Source of the DNA: Podarcis filfolensis
Lineage: Eukaryota
Length of the DNA: 64,000 nucleotides
Strand: one strand, 5' to 3'
Assembly: GCA_964270895.1 (NCBI GenBank)
Contig: OZ185453.1
This document shows positions 63,332-64,000 of the stretch, one piece after another; within the stretch, counting starts at the first letter, position 1; each line of letters opens with the position of its first letter. The notes under the pieces are model-generated. The model did no database searches. It was not told the origin of the DNA and saw only the letters and a list, made by a program, of their open reading frames with translations. Both the position numbers and the translations under genes were made by a program.

Positions 63332-64000
63332 AGTAATAGGATCTGATGTGTATCCCAGGGCCATTTAAAGGTTCCAACATGCAAGAACTTTCTACCAGTT
63401 AAGAATGGTGCAAACACTGCCTGTTATTTACTTCTGTTTCCAGGAAATGTAGAATGCAGTAAGTATTCACTTCCTTATTAATTACTTTTCTAGAGAAAGC
63501 AGAAAGTTGGAGAGAAAAATACCAGCAATTAATAAATATGGACTCAATGCAAAGCAGTGGAACAGAAAGCCTGCCCTCCATATTGTTGTTTACACACAAC
63601 AAGAAGTTTCTCTTTCTCTCTTACGACACTAAAACTTGAGGAACTTCAATAAAGCTGAATTTTGAAAGATTCAGAACAGACAAAGGTGTGCACAATGATT
63701 TTATACAAATCGTTACCCCAAGTTGTAGCTGATGGCTACTAATCTGGATGTTTTTAAAAGGGGTTTAATCAAATTCACAGTGGATAACCAATGTAAAGTC
63801 CCACAGATTTCAATGAGTCTAGTTGAAGCATGGCTTAAGTTTGGAATCAACACATGAAGTCTAAGATGCATATTAACTAAAACAAAAAAAAATCATAAAT
63901 GCAGAATACAGTTGCAGGAAAATGAAACAACCAGTCAAATTAAAGATTACATGGAAAATAAAGGTGTCCAGCTCCCTTTGAAAGTCAGCGTGTATGGACA

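Noticed and set aside
376-63602. The remaining 60-150 aa ORFs in the supplied track
   Set aside because: Intronic or UTR chance ORFs, antisense shadows of real exons, or microsatellite translations; none shows a recognisable viral, retrocopy or other protein signature

Overview
Vertebrate nuclear DNA from a squamate reptile, probably a lacertid lizard (inferred from Sauria-type SINEs and L2 elements with (ATT)n tails). Two genes lie tail-to-tail. On the + strand are the last four coding exons of KCMF1 (E3 ligase; stop at 7009). On the - strand are coding exons 2-22 of HOOK3 (56450 down to the stop at 18813; exon 1 lies beyond the window). The 21 HOOK3 exons splice into one open frame of 2100 nt. 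Exon numbering follows the human genes as recalled. Most notable points: a candidate 6-nt Ala-Ile microexon in HOOK3 intron 16 with branch-point, UGC and RBFOX motifs; a complete AT-AC (U12, minor spliceosome) intron in KCMF1; back-to-back poly(A) signals between the two genes; two N-masked blocks in the proximal KCMF1 3'UTR; and tRNA-headed SINEs, nested MITEs and young L2 copies in the introns. No prokaryotic-type system (CRISPR etc.) is present.
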